Shown here: positions 30,403-41,066 of the stretch, one piece after another | Layout of the letters: every line of letters starts with the position of its first letter | How positions within the stretch are numbered: the stretch's first letter is position 1 | Assembly: GCA_963729625.1 (NCBI GenBank) | Contig: CAVSOU010000010.1 | Span: 672,001-736,000 of the forward strand | From: an uncultured bacterium | GTDB lineage: Bacteria; Chloroflexota; UBA5177; JANWHV01 | Length of the DNA: 64,000 bases | Direction of reading: 5' to 3' | The notes under the pieces: model-generated | What the model was told of the DNA's origin: nothing | Seen by the model: only the letters and a program-made list of their open reading frames with translations | The model's database searches: none | Position numbers and translations under genes: made by a program

Positions 30403-31896
30403 ATGTCAGCGTGCAGGAGCCCATCCGTGGCAGAGCGTCCGCTGGAACATGGTGATGGGCCCGCGAACCGCGCGCTCCAGCATCCCCGTGTCGTGCGCTG
30501 GTGCCTGGCGCTGGCGCTGATCCTCGTCAGTGGCGGTGGGGCCGGCTTTGACGGCGTGCCCCAGACATCATCGTTTGGCGTCCCGGTCCGCGTCTGGCTT
30601 ACCACTGCCGACCTCACGAGTGCTCTCTCACCGCAGCCGAGTCGACGCTTCGTGCGTGATCTGGGCGCCGACACTGGTGCCATTACAGTCAACGACCATA
30701 TCACGTTTCAGCAGATGGATGGCTTCGGCGCGGCGATGACCGACACGTCGGCCTGGCTGATTTCATACCAACTCGACAGAGCGGCACGTGCGAGCCTGCT
30801 TCAGGCTTTGTTCAGCCCGTCCAACGGGATAGGGATTGACTGGGTCCGCGTTCCGATGGGCTCATCAGACTACACACACGACCACTATTATTCCTATGAC
30901 GATAACGGCGGAATGCCCGACCCGAGCCTCGCCAACTTCTCGATACAGCACGACCTGGCGTACATCGTTCCTGTGCTTCGGCAGGCACTGCGTAGCAATC
31001 CGGCGATCAAGTTCAATTCGAACCCATGGAGTCCGCCCGCCTGGATGAAAAGCAACCAGAGCATGATCAATGGCGGCCGGCTGCTACCACAGTATTACGC
31101 GTCGCTGGCTCAGTACTTTGTGCGGTTCCTTCAGGCGTACCAGGCGCTAGGTCTCACCATGTATGCCATCCAGCCGCAGAACGAGCCCCTTGCACAAACC
31201 AGCTATCCGAGCATGTACTGGCCGGCGGTAGACGAAGCGCGCTTCATAGCGAACAACTTGGGGCCGGCTCTCGCCGCGGCCCACCTGCATCCACGGATCC
31301 TGGGCTACGATCACAACTGGGACCAGCCGGGTTATGCTGAAACGCTGCTCAGTAATGCAGCCGCCGCACCGTACCTGGCCGGGACCGCCTGGCACACGTA
31401 TTCCGGCACATCCAGCGCCATGTCGGTTGTCCATGGGCTCTTCCCCAGCAAAGACAGTTACGAAACGGAGTCGTCCGTGGCGAACCCAGCCGACCTCTTC
31501 ATCAACGCCGCTCGAAACTGGTCGCGATCGGGCGTTATGTGGAACATCGCGCTTGATACGCACGGCGGCCCGCTGCCCAACAACGTGGGCTGCGTCGGCT
31601 GCATCGGCCTGGCCACCGTCGATGGGGCCGCGGGGACGTATTCGCTCACGCGCTACTACTACCAGATCGGGCATTTCAGCAAGTTCGTGTTGCCGGGCGC
31701 TTACCGCATCGACTCTTCGTCGTTCAATGGCAACCTGGAGGACGCTGCATTCAGGAACCCAAGTGGATCGATGGTCTTGGTCGCGTACAACGCGTCGAGC
31801 ACGATCCGCAATTTCAAGGTGGTCTGGGGCGGCGAGTCATTTCACGCAACATTGCCGGCAGGCGCGATCGCCACGTTCGCGTGGAACGGCTCATGA
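30403..31896 (+). CDS. Secreted GH30 glycoside hydrolase (beta-1,6-glucanase/glucosylceramidase-like)
   Basis: Signal peptide; Q.MDGFGAAMTD, PWSPPAWMK, QNEP, YDHNWD and GHFSKFV motifs. Confidence 0.92.
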   Translation: MSACRSPSVAERPLEHGDGPANRALQHPRVVRWCLALALILVSGGGAGFDGVPQTSSFGVPVRVWLTTADLTSALSPQPSRRFVRDLGADTGAITVNDHITFQQMDGFGAAMTDTSAWLISYQLDRAARASLLQALFSPSNGIGIDWVRVPMGSSDYTHDHYYSYDDNGGMPDPSLANFSIQHDLAYIVPVLRQALRSNPAIKFNSNPWSPPAWMKSNQSMINGGRLLPQYYASLAQYFVRFLQAYQALGLTMYAIQPQNEPLAQTSYPSMYWPAVDEARFIANNLGPALAAAHLHPRILGYDHNWDQPGYAETLLSNAAAAPYLAGTAWHTYSGTSSAMSVVHGLFPSKDSYETESSVANPADLFINAARNWSRSGVMWNIALDTHGGPLPNNVGCVGCIGLATVDGAAGTYSLTRYYYQIGHFSKFVLPGAYRIDSSSFNGNLEDAAFRNPSGSMVLVAYNASSTIRNFKVVWGGESFHATLPAGAIATFAWNGS

Positions 31897-31966
31897 ATCT
31901 GTTTGCTGGCCGTCCACCATGGACGGTGCAGGCGTCCCCAAGCGCAGTATTCGTTTTGCCTGCAGT

Positions 31967-31995
31967 TTGACCGGCATCTGGCCCTTCGCTATCAT
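31967..31995 (+). promoter_or_regulatory. Sigma70-type promoter of tRNA-Cys
   Basis: TTGACC, 17-nt spacer, TATCAT. Confidence 0.7.
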
Positions 31996-32007
31996 GTCGG
32001 TGTACCG

Positions 32008-32079
32008 GGCGACGTCGCCAAGTGGTTAAGGCGGGGGTCTGCAAAACCCCTATCGTCGGTTCGATTCCGACCGTCGCCT
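32008..32079 (+). tRNA. tRNA-Cys(GCA)
   Basis: GGCGACG/CGTCGCC acceptor stem, anticodon loop CTGCAAA, GGTTCGATTCC, U discriminator. Confidence 0.96.
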
Positions 32080-32242
32080 CCTATTCTCGTCGCTGCGTGC
32101 GCCGCTTGATGGGGCATCGCATCTGGCCGCAACCACGCAGTTTATGCCCTCCCGTGGTGTTCCACATGTTTCTCCGTGACACGCTTCAAGCGCGCGACGT
32201 GCCTGCATCGCGACGCGATTGTTCGATTGTGGCGGGGACGGA

Positions 32243-34120
32243 ATGACCATCGAGCACGCCATCGATTCAGCCCCCGATGGGTCGCACGGCGCTGTATTGC
32301 GCGTGCGCTGCACAAACGATCAGGCTGTCGCTCTATCCCGGCTGCTCGGGAGGCTGTATCCGGGCAGGCGCCACACATTCCTTCCGCTGCTCGGCGCCGG
32401 CTTCACACATAGCTGCTCGATACCGGATACGCCAAACAACCTGCGAAGGAAATGGCCCGCTATTGCAGTGCAGCTCCTGCTCGGCTCCACCACCAAGTGC
32501 GCGGAACCTGGCGAGGCTCCGGCCCTGGATGGCGTGTCGCAGTCGGATGGGACGTCACACGATGCTCTGGCGCGCCAGCAGTCGCGCGAAGGCGACGCTC
32601 GTGGGAGCGTCGTGAGAAGGCCGCGGACCTGGGCGACCGGTGGAACAGGAAGCGGTGGTGACATTCCGCCGCCGGGAGAAAGCGCGTCGAAACAGCTGCG
32701 TCGCGCGCGACACCTACCGGCCGGCGAACGACGTATTGTACTTGAGCGCCTGTTCAACCAGGGTGATGCGTCGGCCTTCGAGGCGGGTTTGCTGCTGGCC
32801 CAGACCCTCGAGGAGATGGGCGCATGGAACGAGAGCCTGGCGGTCTACGATGCGTTGGAGCGGCAGCCGCCGGGGCGCCAGGGCGTGGTGCGCGCTGGCC
32901 GCCTCCGAGCCCTCTCCTCACTCGGCAAACATGACGAGGTGATCGCGCAGGTCGCGATTGACGAGAGTTCGCCGGCCCTGCGCGGGTTGCTTGGTCTGGC
33001 GTTAGCGGCTACGAAGGGCGTCGAAAGCGCGTTGGCGCATCTGGAATACTGCTGGCAATCGTCGGAGGCCAGCACGACGAGCGTGGCGCTGGCTCTGGCG
33101 CGCATCTACTGGCAATGTGGCAGGTACCACGAAGCCGCCGCGCCCTATCGCCTAGTGTTTGACCGCGCACCAGCAGATCTCGCGCAGGCCGATTATGCCG
33201 CCTCTGATTTCGCGGCGATCATCGAGCTCGCGCGATTGGGTGAATACGACGATCTCGCCAGCGGGCGACTGCTGGATTGCCTGATTGCCTACTGCAATCG
33301 CGCCACCGAAGAAGATCGAGCGAGCGATCGGGCGCATCAACTGGTGCTGTCTGGCTTGGAGATTGGCCGCCGCCTGCGCGATTCCGCGCGCCTGCTGCGC
33401 GCGTACCAGCTCGTCGTTGACGATCTTCTGCAGCGGCGCGAAGGCCATCGGCTTGTCGAGCTCATCGAGGCAGCAGCAACCGACTTCCGACGAGGCCTGC
33501 TGACGGCCACCCAGCGTTTCGACATTCTCGACGCCATTACAGACAATCTGGCGGACTATCCGCAACTCCTTCGCCCGTCCCTGATCGAGAACTATGAGGA
33601 CCTTCTGCGGACTGCGCTGGAGCGCGACCAGGGAGAAGCCGGCCCGTTGCCGCAAGAATCCCGAGAGATCTACCGATCCCTGTACGACCTGGATAGGCGC
33701 AATCCGCTCTGCGTGCGTTATCGGCGTATGGCCACACTGCGCCGGGCGGGCAGCGGTGAGCGTGCCGATGCTCAGCGGGATCACGTGGCTCTCACCGGAA
33801 AACGCGTCGCTATCATCGGCGGTCACGACAGCACGAGGCTCAGGGTCCGCGAACGGCTCGAGCGCTGGGGAGTGCGCGTCGACGAAGTTGCGCCCGCGAC
33901 CAGTGGTCGCGTGAGCGAGCGCGAGATACTCGATCGCGTGCGTCTGAGCGATCTGATCCTTCTGATTGTCACGTATATGGGTCACGACATGAGCACAATC
34001 GTGGGCAACCTGGCGGCCCGCGGCGCTCTGTCCGGGCAAGTCCTCTCTGTCGATTGTCGTGGAGCGACAGGAGTGACGCGAGCCATTGCCGAGTGGGCGG
34101 ACGCACTTCACGCCCGTTGA
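32243..34120 (+). CDS. TPR-like helical repeat protein with C-terminal DUF2325-like domain
   Basis: TPR-like helices; C-terminal RVAIIGG...DLILLIVTYMGHDM pattern. Confidence 0.7.
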   Translation: MTIEHAIDSAPDGSHGAVLRVRCTNDQAVALSRLLGRLYPGRRHTFLPLLGAGFTHSCSIPDTPNNLRRKWPAIAVQLLLGSTTKCAEPGEAPALDGVSQSDGTSHDALARQQSREGDARGSVVRRPRTWATGGTGSGGDIPPPGESASKQLRRARHLPAGERRIVLERLFNQGDASAFEAGLLLAQTLEEMGAWNESLAVYDALERQPPGRQGVVRAGRLRALSSLGKHDEVIAQVAIDESSPALRGLLGLALAATKGVESALAHLEYCWQSSEASTTSVALALARIYWQCGRYHEAAAPYRLVFDRAPADLAQADYAASDFAAIIELARLGEYDDLASGRLLDCLIAYCNRATEEDRASDRAHQLVLSGLEIGRRLRDSARLLRAYQLVVDDLLQRREGHRLVELIEAAATDFRRGLLTATQRFDILDAITDNLADYPQLLRPSLIENYEDLLRTALERDQGEAGPLPQESREIYRSLYDLDRRNPLCVRYRRMATLRRAGSGERADAQRDHVALTGKRVAIIGGHDSTRLRVRERLERWGVRVDEVAPATSGRVSEREILDRVRLSDLILLIVTYMGHDMSTIVGNLAARGALSGQVLSVDCRGATGVTRAIAEWADALHAR

Positions 34121-34451
34121 GTGGTCGGCGCCGTGCCATGGTCCGCCACCGCCGGGCCCGCGCCTATGGGCGCACGGCATGAGCGACTCACCGGGGTACC
34201 TGCCCGAAGGGCGGGTCGTCGTGGGTTGTGGTACGCCGCGGCCACGACTCGATGCCCATTTTCCGCAGGTGCGGCCATGCTGCTCAGTATGGCTGCATCG
34301 TCATCAAGGCACGACGCAGCACGTGAACCCGTGAACCTGGGAGCGCGATTCCGCCCCGACCCCACAGCCCGAACCTCATCGCGCACGCACCACGGTCGTG
34401 GCGCCTATTCCCGTCGCGGATCCAAATTGGCGCAACCCCGCTTTCACGGGC

Positions 34452-34547
34452 AGTCTCCATGGTCAATTCCGGCTCAGGAGCTTGCTGGCCGTCGTAGACC
34501 TCACCGTAGAACCGGTGGTAGAAGTCACTATCTGTGCCAACGCGCAT
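34452..34547 (-). pseudogene. N-terminal stub of a TIM-barrel sugar isomerase paralogue
   Basis: MRVGTDSDFYHRFYGEVYDG aligns with VKIGIDSYCFHRFFGEVYDG of the 27402-28268 protein; similarity ends after ~32 aa. Confidence 0.75.
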
Positions 34548-34551
34548 AGCT

Positions 34552-35763
34552 CTACCTTTCGCCGGGCTGCACCCAGTCGTTGGTGGCAGGTGCTCCCGCC
34601 TGCTCCAGCTCTTCCAGATTGGCGGTGTGCTCGATCCCGAGATCGACGCGTCGACCAAGTCGGGCCGACGCGTCCATGGCGTCGCAGATCAGCGCCGTGC
34701 GATAGCCGTCGTAGAAGGTCGCGCCATCCGGGTCGACCGCTCGGTCTTCCGCGATACAGCGCAGAAAATGGATGAACATGTTGATGTGCGCGTGCTCCCA
34801 GCCAAGTAGGTGGCCCGATGGCCACCACAGATCCATGTAGGGATGGTCGGGCTCGCAGACGATGACATCGAGCAATCCGTCGACGCTGCAGTGCGACGTT
34901 CTGGTTGCAGTGACACGCAATTCGTTGAGTCGCTCCAGATCCCACTGCAGGGTGCCTTGGTCGCAGTTGATCTCCCACGCAAGCATGTTGCGACGGCCGT
35001 ACGACACGTTTGAGGCGTCGATCGTCCCACAGGCGCCGTTGTCGAAGCCGATCACGGCCGTCACCACTTGGCCGGGCCATGCCGCATCCACGTCCGAGGG
35101 GCGGTCGGGCGTGATGACTGGATTGGTGAGCATGGCGGAGACGCTCGTGATCTCGCCGACGAGGAAGCGCGCCTGGTCGATGGCGTGGCAGCCTATCGTC
35201 CGGAGCGCCCCCACCGGCGAGGGTGGGCGCCCGTCTTGCGAGTAGCGGAATCGCGCCTGAAAGACATCCCCCAGCTCGCCGCGACGCAACATGGCACGCG
35301 CAAGCCTTACGGCGGGTACGAATCGGTAGTTATAGGTGCACAGATGCTTCACGCCTGCTTGTTCCGCTGCCAGCCACATGCGGCGCGCGTCAGCGCTATT
35401 GCGCGCGAGGGGCTTCTCACAGCTCACATGCTTGCCGGCCGTGATCGCCGCGAGCGTTGGCTCGACGTGCACCTCGTCGGCGGCGGCATTGTCGAAGATG
35501 CTAATGCGCTCGTCCTCAACTAGCCCGCGCCAGTCGGGGTAGCAGCCGGCAAAGCCGAAGCGCGTTGCCGCCTCGCTCGCCAGCTCCTGCCTACGGCCGG
35601 CAACAGCTACGAGGTCGGGCCGCAGTGCGCTCCGCCAGTCAATATAGGTCAGGGTGCGCAGCGCGTTGCTATGGGCTTTCCCCATAAAGCCATAGCCGAA
35701 AACGCCCACTCCCGCACGAGCGCGTTGGTCAGACGGCGCTTCCATGTAGCCTCGGGCTGGCAT
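34552..35763 (-). CDS. Gfo/Idh/MocA oxidoreductase
   Basis: GYGFMGKAH, KHVSCEKPLA and YNYRFVPA motifs. Confidence 0.92.
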   Translation of the reverse strand: MPARGYMEAPSDQRARAGVGVFGYGFMGKAHSNALRTLTYIDWRSALRPDLVAVAGRRQELASEAATRFGFAGCYPDWRGLVEDERISIFDNAAADEVHVEPTLAAITAGKHVSCEKPLARNSADARRMWLAAEQAGVKHLCTYNYRFVPAVRLARAMLRRGELGDVFQARFRYSQDGRPPSPVGALRTIGCHAIDQARFLVGEITSVSAMLTNPVITPDRPSDVDAAWPGQVVTAVIGFDNGACGTIDASNVSYGRRNMLAWEINCDQGTLQWDLERLNELRVTATRTSHCSVDGLLDVIVCEPDHPYMDLWWPSGHLLGWEHAHINMFIHFLRCIAEDRAVDPDGATFYDGYRTALICDAMDASARLGRRVDLGIEHTANLEELEQAGAPATNDWVQPGER

Positions 35764-35912
35764 TCCTCCCTCTCCGATCTTGTGCTCTTTAGCGCAACGC
35801 GAGGATGCGACGCTGCACACGAGAATACGGACGAGCTCTACGCCGGGGACGGGGCCCTCGCGGCCAATGCTGATCAGCTCCTTTATTCTGCGACGTCCTT
35901 ATGCCGAGTAGC

Positions 35913-36995
35913 TTAGACAACTTCGAGCGCATCGGCCACCATCGCCGCGGGATGGGCGACAGACGTGTCTTTCTGATACCAGAACGCCGTCGAGGCGATA
36001 TCGTCCTGCAGCGGCAGATAGCGCCCACCTGAGCGCCAGCCCAGCGCCTGGATCGTCACCCGAACGTCGGACATGAAGCGTATCGGGTCCATGACGTGCC
36101 AGCGATACATGCCAAATCGCTGTTGGCTGCGGTACAGGCCGTCCGGACGCAGCACTTGGTTGAGGCCTATGTAGGAGGTGGAGAAAACGGTGTAGCCTTG
36201 GCCAGGCACCTCGAAGTCCCAGGCGCCGCCGAAGTAGTCTTCGGTACCGGTGCCACAAATCGTGGGAAACGCGTCATCGCCGTCCAGGTAGAACTTAATC
36301 TCGCCTTCGCCCCACCAGCCCGAGCTGTTGACGCCCCATGCGAGGTAGGTGCCGACGTACTGACCGCTGCTGTGCACGCCGTCCAGGAGCGTGTGGACTT
36401 CCTTGTAGGGAAGAGGATTGCTGCGCCGCCACTGAGCGTGGAAGTAGGCTGAGTGGTCCGGCACCTGTGTTTCCATGTAGGTGATCTGGTAGTAGAGCAC
36501 GATTGCCTCGGCGGCGAGACTTTCCACGGTCACCCGCGCGCCGCGCCGAAACGGCATCTCCCAGAAGCTGTTGAAGCCGCCGTACGGATTCACGGCGATT
36601 GGCAGTGAAGCGACGTGGCTGTATTCGCACCAGCCGTTGCAGAAGAAGTCGCCCACCGGCACTTCCACGGCAGGCTGCCTGTCGTCATCCCAGTACAGGC
36701 GCAGGACGAGGCGGCGCCAGTTCCGCGGGTGGGTGGTTAACCAGATATGCTGGATGGCGCCCATGCCCACTATACTGGCCAGACTGATCGTCTCACCCGG
36801 CGCTATGGTGATACTCGGCGATACCTTCCAGCCTTGACCAAGATCGCGAGCCGCGTGCGCGCCCGTGCCCTCGCGCGCCATTCCGCCCTTGCCACTGGCG
36901 CCGGTTGGGTTCTCGGCGCTAATCGAGCGAGTGCGCGCGTCCGAGAGAGACGCAAGCGTGCCCAGGCCCATTCCAAGACCGCAAAACTCACTCAC
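35913..36995 (-). CDS. DUF2961 / GH172 glycoside hydrolase (copy 1)
   Basis: RSISAENPTG, G.IQHIW.T, VEVPVGDFF and WWGEGEIKF..DGD..PTICGTGTEDYF motifs. Confidence 0.92.
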   Translation of the reverse strand: MSEFCGLGMGLGTLASLSDARTRSISAENPTGASGKGGMAREGTGAHAARDLGQGWKVSPSITIAPGETISLASIVGMGAIQHIWLTTHPRNWRRLVLRLYWDDDRQPAVEVPVGDFFCNGWCEYSHVASLPIAVNPYGGFNSFWEMPFRRGARVTVESLAAEAIVLYYQITYMETQVPDHSAYFHAQWRRSNPLPYKEVHTLLDGVHSSGQYVGTYLAWGVNSSGWWGEGEIKFYLDGDDAFPTICGTGTEDYFGGAWDFEVPGQGYTVFSTSYIGLNQVLRPDGLYRSQQRFGMYRWHVMDPIRFMSDVRVTIQALGWRSGGRYLPLQDDIASTAFWYQKDTSVAHPAAMVADALEVV

Positions 36996-37428
36996 GTGCC
37001 TGTGCCCTCCTTAGAGCTACGTTCTCGAAACTTTGAGATCTTTAACAACGTATTGCCGCGAGGCAGTGAAACGCAAGGCAAACGGCGCCAGTGCTACGCC
37101 TGCCGGGTGACTGACGTGCTCCGACCGTGTCTACAACGCAGCTACGTTGCATACTTGTGGTTCTGAGCACCGTATCGATGCAGTGCTCGTTCCTCCAGTT
37201 GGTCGCTAACCACTTCTCCGCGTGCCGCGTCTCCCTGCTAGGGGAAAGCGACAGAAAGGCTTGAACTGGGTGCCGAGAGGACTGGCACGCGCAGTTCTGA
37301 GATGGCGGAGTGATCCGGGTGCGAGCGGCGTTTCGAACACCCGGATTGATCCGGTATCAGTCCTGCCATTCGCCTTCGAGCGGAGGCTTCGGACTGTTCT
37401 CAGACCGTGGGGACTTCCCCGCCAGGCC

Positions 37429-37484
37429 TTGCAATTCGTGGTGGTCGGTGCTAGAATTCGGACGGCTGCTATAGGATATAGGAT
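37429..37484 (+). promoter_or_regulatory. Promoter of the ABC operon with candidate GntR operator
   Basis: TTGCAA-N17-TAGAAT with extended TG; downstream ATAGGATATAGGAT, whose 10-mer recurs inverted at 49605-49614. Confidence 0.6.
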
Positions 37485-37644
37485 GCGCGACTTCCCCGAC
37501 CTGCCGTGCAGGCAGAGCAACGCACGAATGCACGGGGCCCGGCAAAGCCTCGTCACTGCGCGGAAAGGAGATACTGAGCCCAAGACATTGCACATACGTG
37601 GAACCCATGCGTGGCAACCTTCCAGTGAGGAGTTAGTGGATAAG

Positions 37645-39030
37645 ATGAGCGAACTCACGACAATTCCGACGTTTTCGCGTAAGCGATTCCTCAAGGTTGG
37701 GGCGACGACCGCCGGGGCGGCGGTCCTGGCGTCTTGCGGCCAGTTGGGGATCGCGAACGTAGCGGACGCCGCAGACAAATCCGCTCTGACGGCCACGACC
37801 AGCCCGGCTCTGGCTGAGCCGGTGACGCTGAGCTTTGCGTCGGTCGTCTCGTCGCCTGCGCCCAACTATACCGGACGGATGAGCGTGATCAAGAAATACG
37901 AGCAGCTTCATCCGAACGTGACCGTCAAGTACCAGTACATTCCGTACGCCCAGTTCTTTGTTCAGATGCTGACTCGTACACTGGCCGGTGACGCGCCCAC
38001 CGTGGCGCAGAACGGGTACCTGACGCCGCAGTTGGCTGCCAACAACGACATCATTGCGACTGATGACTACCTCCGCGTCGCGGGGTTCAAGGCCAGCGAC
38101 TTCTGGCCGGCGGTGTGGGAGCTGGGCCAGTTTAGAGGCAAGAACTACAGCGTACCGTTCACCCTGGACACCCGCTTCACCTACTACAACCCTAACCTGT
38201 ACAAGAAGATGGGCGTTGGCCCGGCGAAGACCTGGGACGATGAACTCGCTATGGCCAAGGCGGCCCTGCCCCTGGGTATTCACGCCTATACGATGTCGTG
38301 GCAGGCGGATATCAATGCGGTTTGGGAGAGCGTCACCAACCTGCTGAAGACGACCGGCGGCGACTTGCTCAAGGTAAATCCGGACGGTACCGCCACCGCC
38401 ACGCTCAACACCGAGCCCGTGTACGAAACACTCGACTTCTTGCGCCAAATGTTCGTTGCCCAGGCTTTCACGCCGGGCGCGCTGACCCATGACCAGACTA
38501 TAGGTAAGGCCGAATTCACGACCGACAAGACGGCCTCGTGGCTGGTCGGCAACTGGGAGATTGCCGACCTCGAAACCCTCTACGCCCAGAAGAAGATAGA
38601 TTTCAATTTTGGGCTGGCACACAACGCGATCAAGAAGCAGCGGGGTGCCTCCAGTGGAGGCTGGGCATGGGATATCTACAAGACGGCCGTGAACCCAGAC
38701 ATAGCTTGGGATTTCGTCAACTTCTTCCTGAAGCCTGAGAACATCAATCTGGGCTGGGCCGATTCGTTGCCCCCAACTGTGGCCGGCATGAACCAACCGT
38801 ACTATGCACACGATCCGCGTAACAAGTTCGTGCTGGAAGTGCTTAGCTACTCAACCTGGGTGATTCCACCCATTGCAGGGTTCATGGAGCTCATGCCCAC
38901 CATGTGGCGCTACATGTCCCGAGTCCTCAGCGGTCAATCGAGCTCAAAGCAGGCGATGGCCGACGGCAATCGGGCGGTGCAAGCGCTTATCGACCGTGGG
39001 AACAACAAGATCGTCAGGTCGAAGCACTGA
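37645..39030 (+). CDS. Carbohydrate ABC transporter substrate-binding protein, Tat signal, possible lipoprotein
   Basis: FSRKRFLK Tat-like motif, LASC lipobox, HPNVTV, GKNYSVP and YYN motifs. Confidence 0.9.
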   Translation: MSELTTIPTFSRKRFLKVGATTAGAAVLASCGQLGIANVADAADKSALTATTSPALAEPVTLSFASVVSSPAPNYTGRMSVIKKYEQLHPNVTVKYQYIPYAQFFVQMLTRTLAGDAPTVAQNGYLTPQLAANNDIIATDDYLRVAGFKASDFWPAVWELGQFRGKNYSVPFTLDTRFTYYNPNLYKKMGVGPAKTWDDELAMAKAALPLGIHAYTMSWQADINAVWESVTNLLKTTGGDLLKVNPDGTATATLNTEPVYETLDFLRQMFVAQAFTPGALTHDQTIGKAEFTTDKTASWLVGNWEIADLETLYAQKKIDFNFGLAHNAIKKQRGASSGGWAWDIYKTAVNPDIAWDFVNFFLKPENINLGWADSLPPTVAGMNQPYYAHDPRNKFVLEVLSYSTWVIPPIAGFMELMPTMWRYMSRVLSGQSSSKQAMADGNRAVQALIDRGNNKIVRSKH

Positions 39031-39227
39031 GCAGCAATTGCGCAGCATGCCGGCCCCACAGCGGTGCCTAGTGGGGCCGGCAACGCGGCAGCGGAGCTGA
39101 ATCGTATGGACCACTACCATCCTCCCGGCCGGCTTGCCCGCGGTGCTCCTGGCTAAGGAGAACCAATGCTTCTGAGACGGTGCCGAAATCTGGTAGGCTC
39201 TGCCAAGACGAAAGGCAGCCTGAGGCA

Positions 39228-40202
39228 ATGGCTACGAGCGAAACAAATGACCCGTTAGTTCCTCCGTCGGAGTTCGCGGCCGTCGCGACGCGGCGCCAGC
39301 GAGCCGCCTGGCGTTACCGCCTGTCGCGGGCTCTGGCGCCATACATGATGGTCGGTCCCGCGATTATCGGGATAGCGCTCGTTCTGGGGTTCCCGATCCT
39401 CTTCAATGCCTACGTCTCGTTCACCGACACCTCTGGGTACACAGGGTTGGGTCACCACGATTGGGTCGGTCTCGGCAATTACCAGTACATCTTCTCCGAT
39501 CCGGATTTCCAGTCGGCTCTTCAGTTGACGTTCCTCTGGACGTTCGCAAACCTGGTGGGGCAATTGGGACTCGGCCTGCTGCTGGCACTGATTCTGCATG
39601 ACGGACCCTTACGTCTGGCCAAGGTAGTGCAGCCGCTCTGGCTGTTGCCCTGGTTCCTTCCCTCCGTGTCCATTTTCTTCGTGTGGCAGATGATGTACGA
39701 TCCTACATTCGGTGCGCTGCAGCACATTCTGGGACATGTCGGGATCGCATCCTTGAATGGCGTGCTGTCCGATCCGACCTGGTCCATATGGGGCATCATC
39801 GTGGCGGGCGTCTGGAAAGGATTCCCCTTCTACATGGTGGCATTCTATTCCGGCCTCCAGGCCGTCTCGCAAGATGTCTACGATGCAGCGCGAGTTGATG
39901 GGGCCAGCCGGCTGCGGGTTCTGCGGCACATCGAGCTACCGGAACTCCGCGGTATCCTCGCCACCGTCGGCATACTGGGCTTCATGTGGATCTTCAACTG
40001 GTTCACACCCATCTATATCATGACACAGGGTGGTCCGGGCAGCGCGAGCATGACTGTCGCCATCTACATGTATGAGCAAGCAATGCGCGAGTTCTTCTTC
40101 GGCGTAGCCGCTTCGGCTGGCAGCGTGCTTCTGGCCATTGTGGTCGTTCTCTTCGGAGTGGTTCTTGTGGTGCAGCGCCGCCAAGGGCAGTTTGATACGT
40201 AG
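39228..40202 (+). CDS. Carbohydrate ABC transporter permease
   Basis: WVGLGNY; EAA loop YDAARVDGAS; MTQGGPG. Confidence 0.95.
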   Translation: MATSETNDPLVPPSEFAAVATRRQRAAWRYRLSRALAPYMMVGPAIIGIALVLGFPILFNAYVSFTDTSGYTGLGHHDWVGLGNYQYIFSDPDFQSALQLTFLWTFANLVGQLGLGLLLALILHDGPLRLAKVVQPLWLLPWFLPSVSIFFVWQMMYDPTFGALQHILGHVGIASLNGVLSDPTWSIWGIIVAGVWKGFPFYMVAFYSGLQAVSQDVYDAARVDGASRLRVLRHIELPELRGILATVGILGFMWIFNWFTPIYIMTQGGPGSASMTVAIYMYEQAMREFFFGVAASAGSVLLAIVVVLFGVVLVVQRRQGQFDT

Positions 40203-40216
40203 CCAGAGGTAGAGTA

Positions 40217-41056
40217 ATGATCGCAGTGCAACATCGCAGACACCTGCAGCCTGGTGATGTAGTGCTCGTCGCAATTCTCGCGTTAGTCTCACTGGCTGTG
40301 CTGTATCCCCTGCTCTGGATGGTTTCCTACTCCCTCCGCCCAAATACCGATTTGACATCGACCGCAGGCCTCATCCCGGCACATCCTTCGTTCGATAACT
40401 ACGCCCGCATGTGGACTGAGGCTCCTTTTTTCACTTTCATTCGCAACAGTGTAATCGTTGGCATCGGATCGGTCGCGATCACGCTCGCATTCGCCACGCC
40501 GGCCGCCTACGCTCTCAGCCGTTTCCCCTTTCGTGCGCGGGGTCCTCTGACGATAGCACTGCTCTTTACGCAGGTGCTCCCTGCAGTCACCTTGATCGTG
40601 CCCCTCTATCTCTTGATCAAGCAGATCGGTCTGTACGATAGTCTGCTGGGTCTGACCCTCGTCTACGCTGGGCTGAACACACCGTTCATTACGCTCCTGC
40701 TGCGCAGTTTCTTCGCTCAAATACCCCAGGACATGGAAGAAGCAGCCCAGGTTGACGGTGCAGGGTGGGTGGGGGCCTTCTTCCTCATAGCGCTTCCGCT
40801 TTCCCGCCCAGGACTACTTGCCGCGGGCACCATCGCCTTTCTGGGCGTATGGGAAGAATTCGTGCTCGTTCTGACGCTCTGTCCGGATAACCAGACGATC
40901 CCTGTGGGACTGCAATACTTCAACACAGAGTATGGAACAGACTACGGCGGCCTGATGGCTGCGTCGGTTGTGTCCTGTATCCCGGCACTTGCCCTCTTCC
41001 TTCTTCTCGGCCGCTTCATTGTTCGAGGTATTGCCAGTGGTGGACTCAAAGGCTAG
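40217..41056 (+). CDS. Carbohydrate ABC transporter permease
   Basis: EAA loop IPQDMEEAAQVDGA; C-terminal GGLKG. Confidence 0.95.
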   Translation: MIAVQHRRHLQPGDVVLVAILALVSLAVLYPLLWMVSYSLRPNTDLTSTAGLIPAHPSFDNYARMWTEAPFFTFIRNSVIVGIGSVAITLAFATPAAYALSRFPFRARGPLTIALLFTQVLPAVTLIVPLYLLIKQIGLYDSLLGLTLVYAGLNTPFITLLLRSFFAQIPQDMEEAAQVDGAGWVGAFFLIALPLSRPGLLAAGTIAFLGVWEEFVLVLTLCPDNQTIPVGLQYFNTEYGTDYGGLMAASVVSCIPALALFLLLGRFIVRGIASGGLKG

Positions 41057-41066
41057 TAGACGCTCG

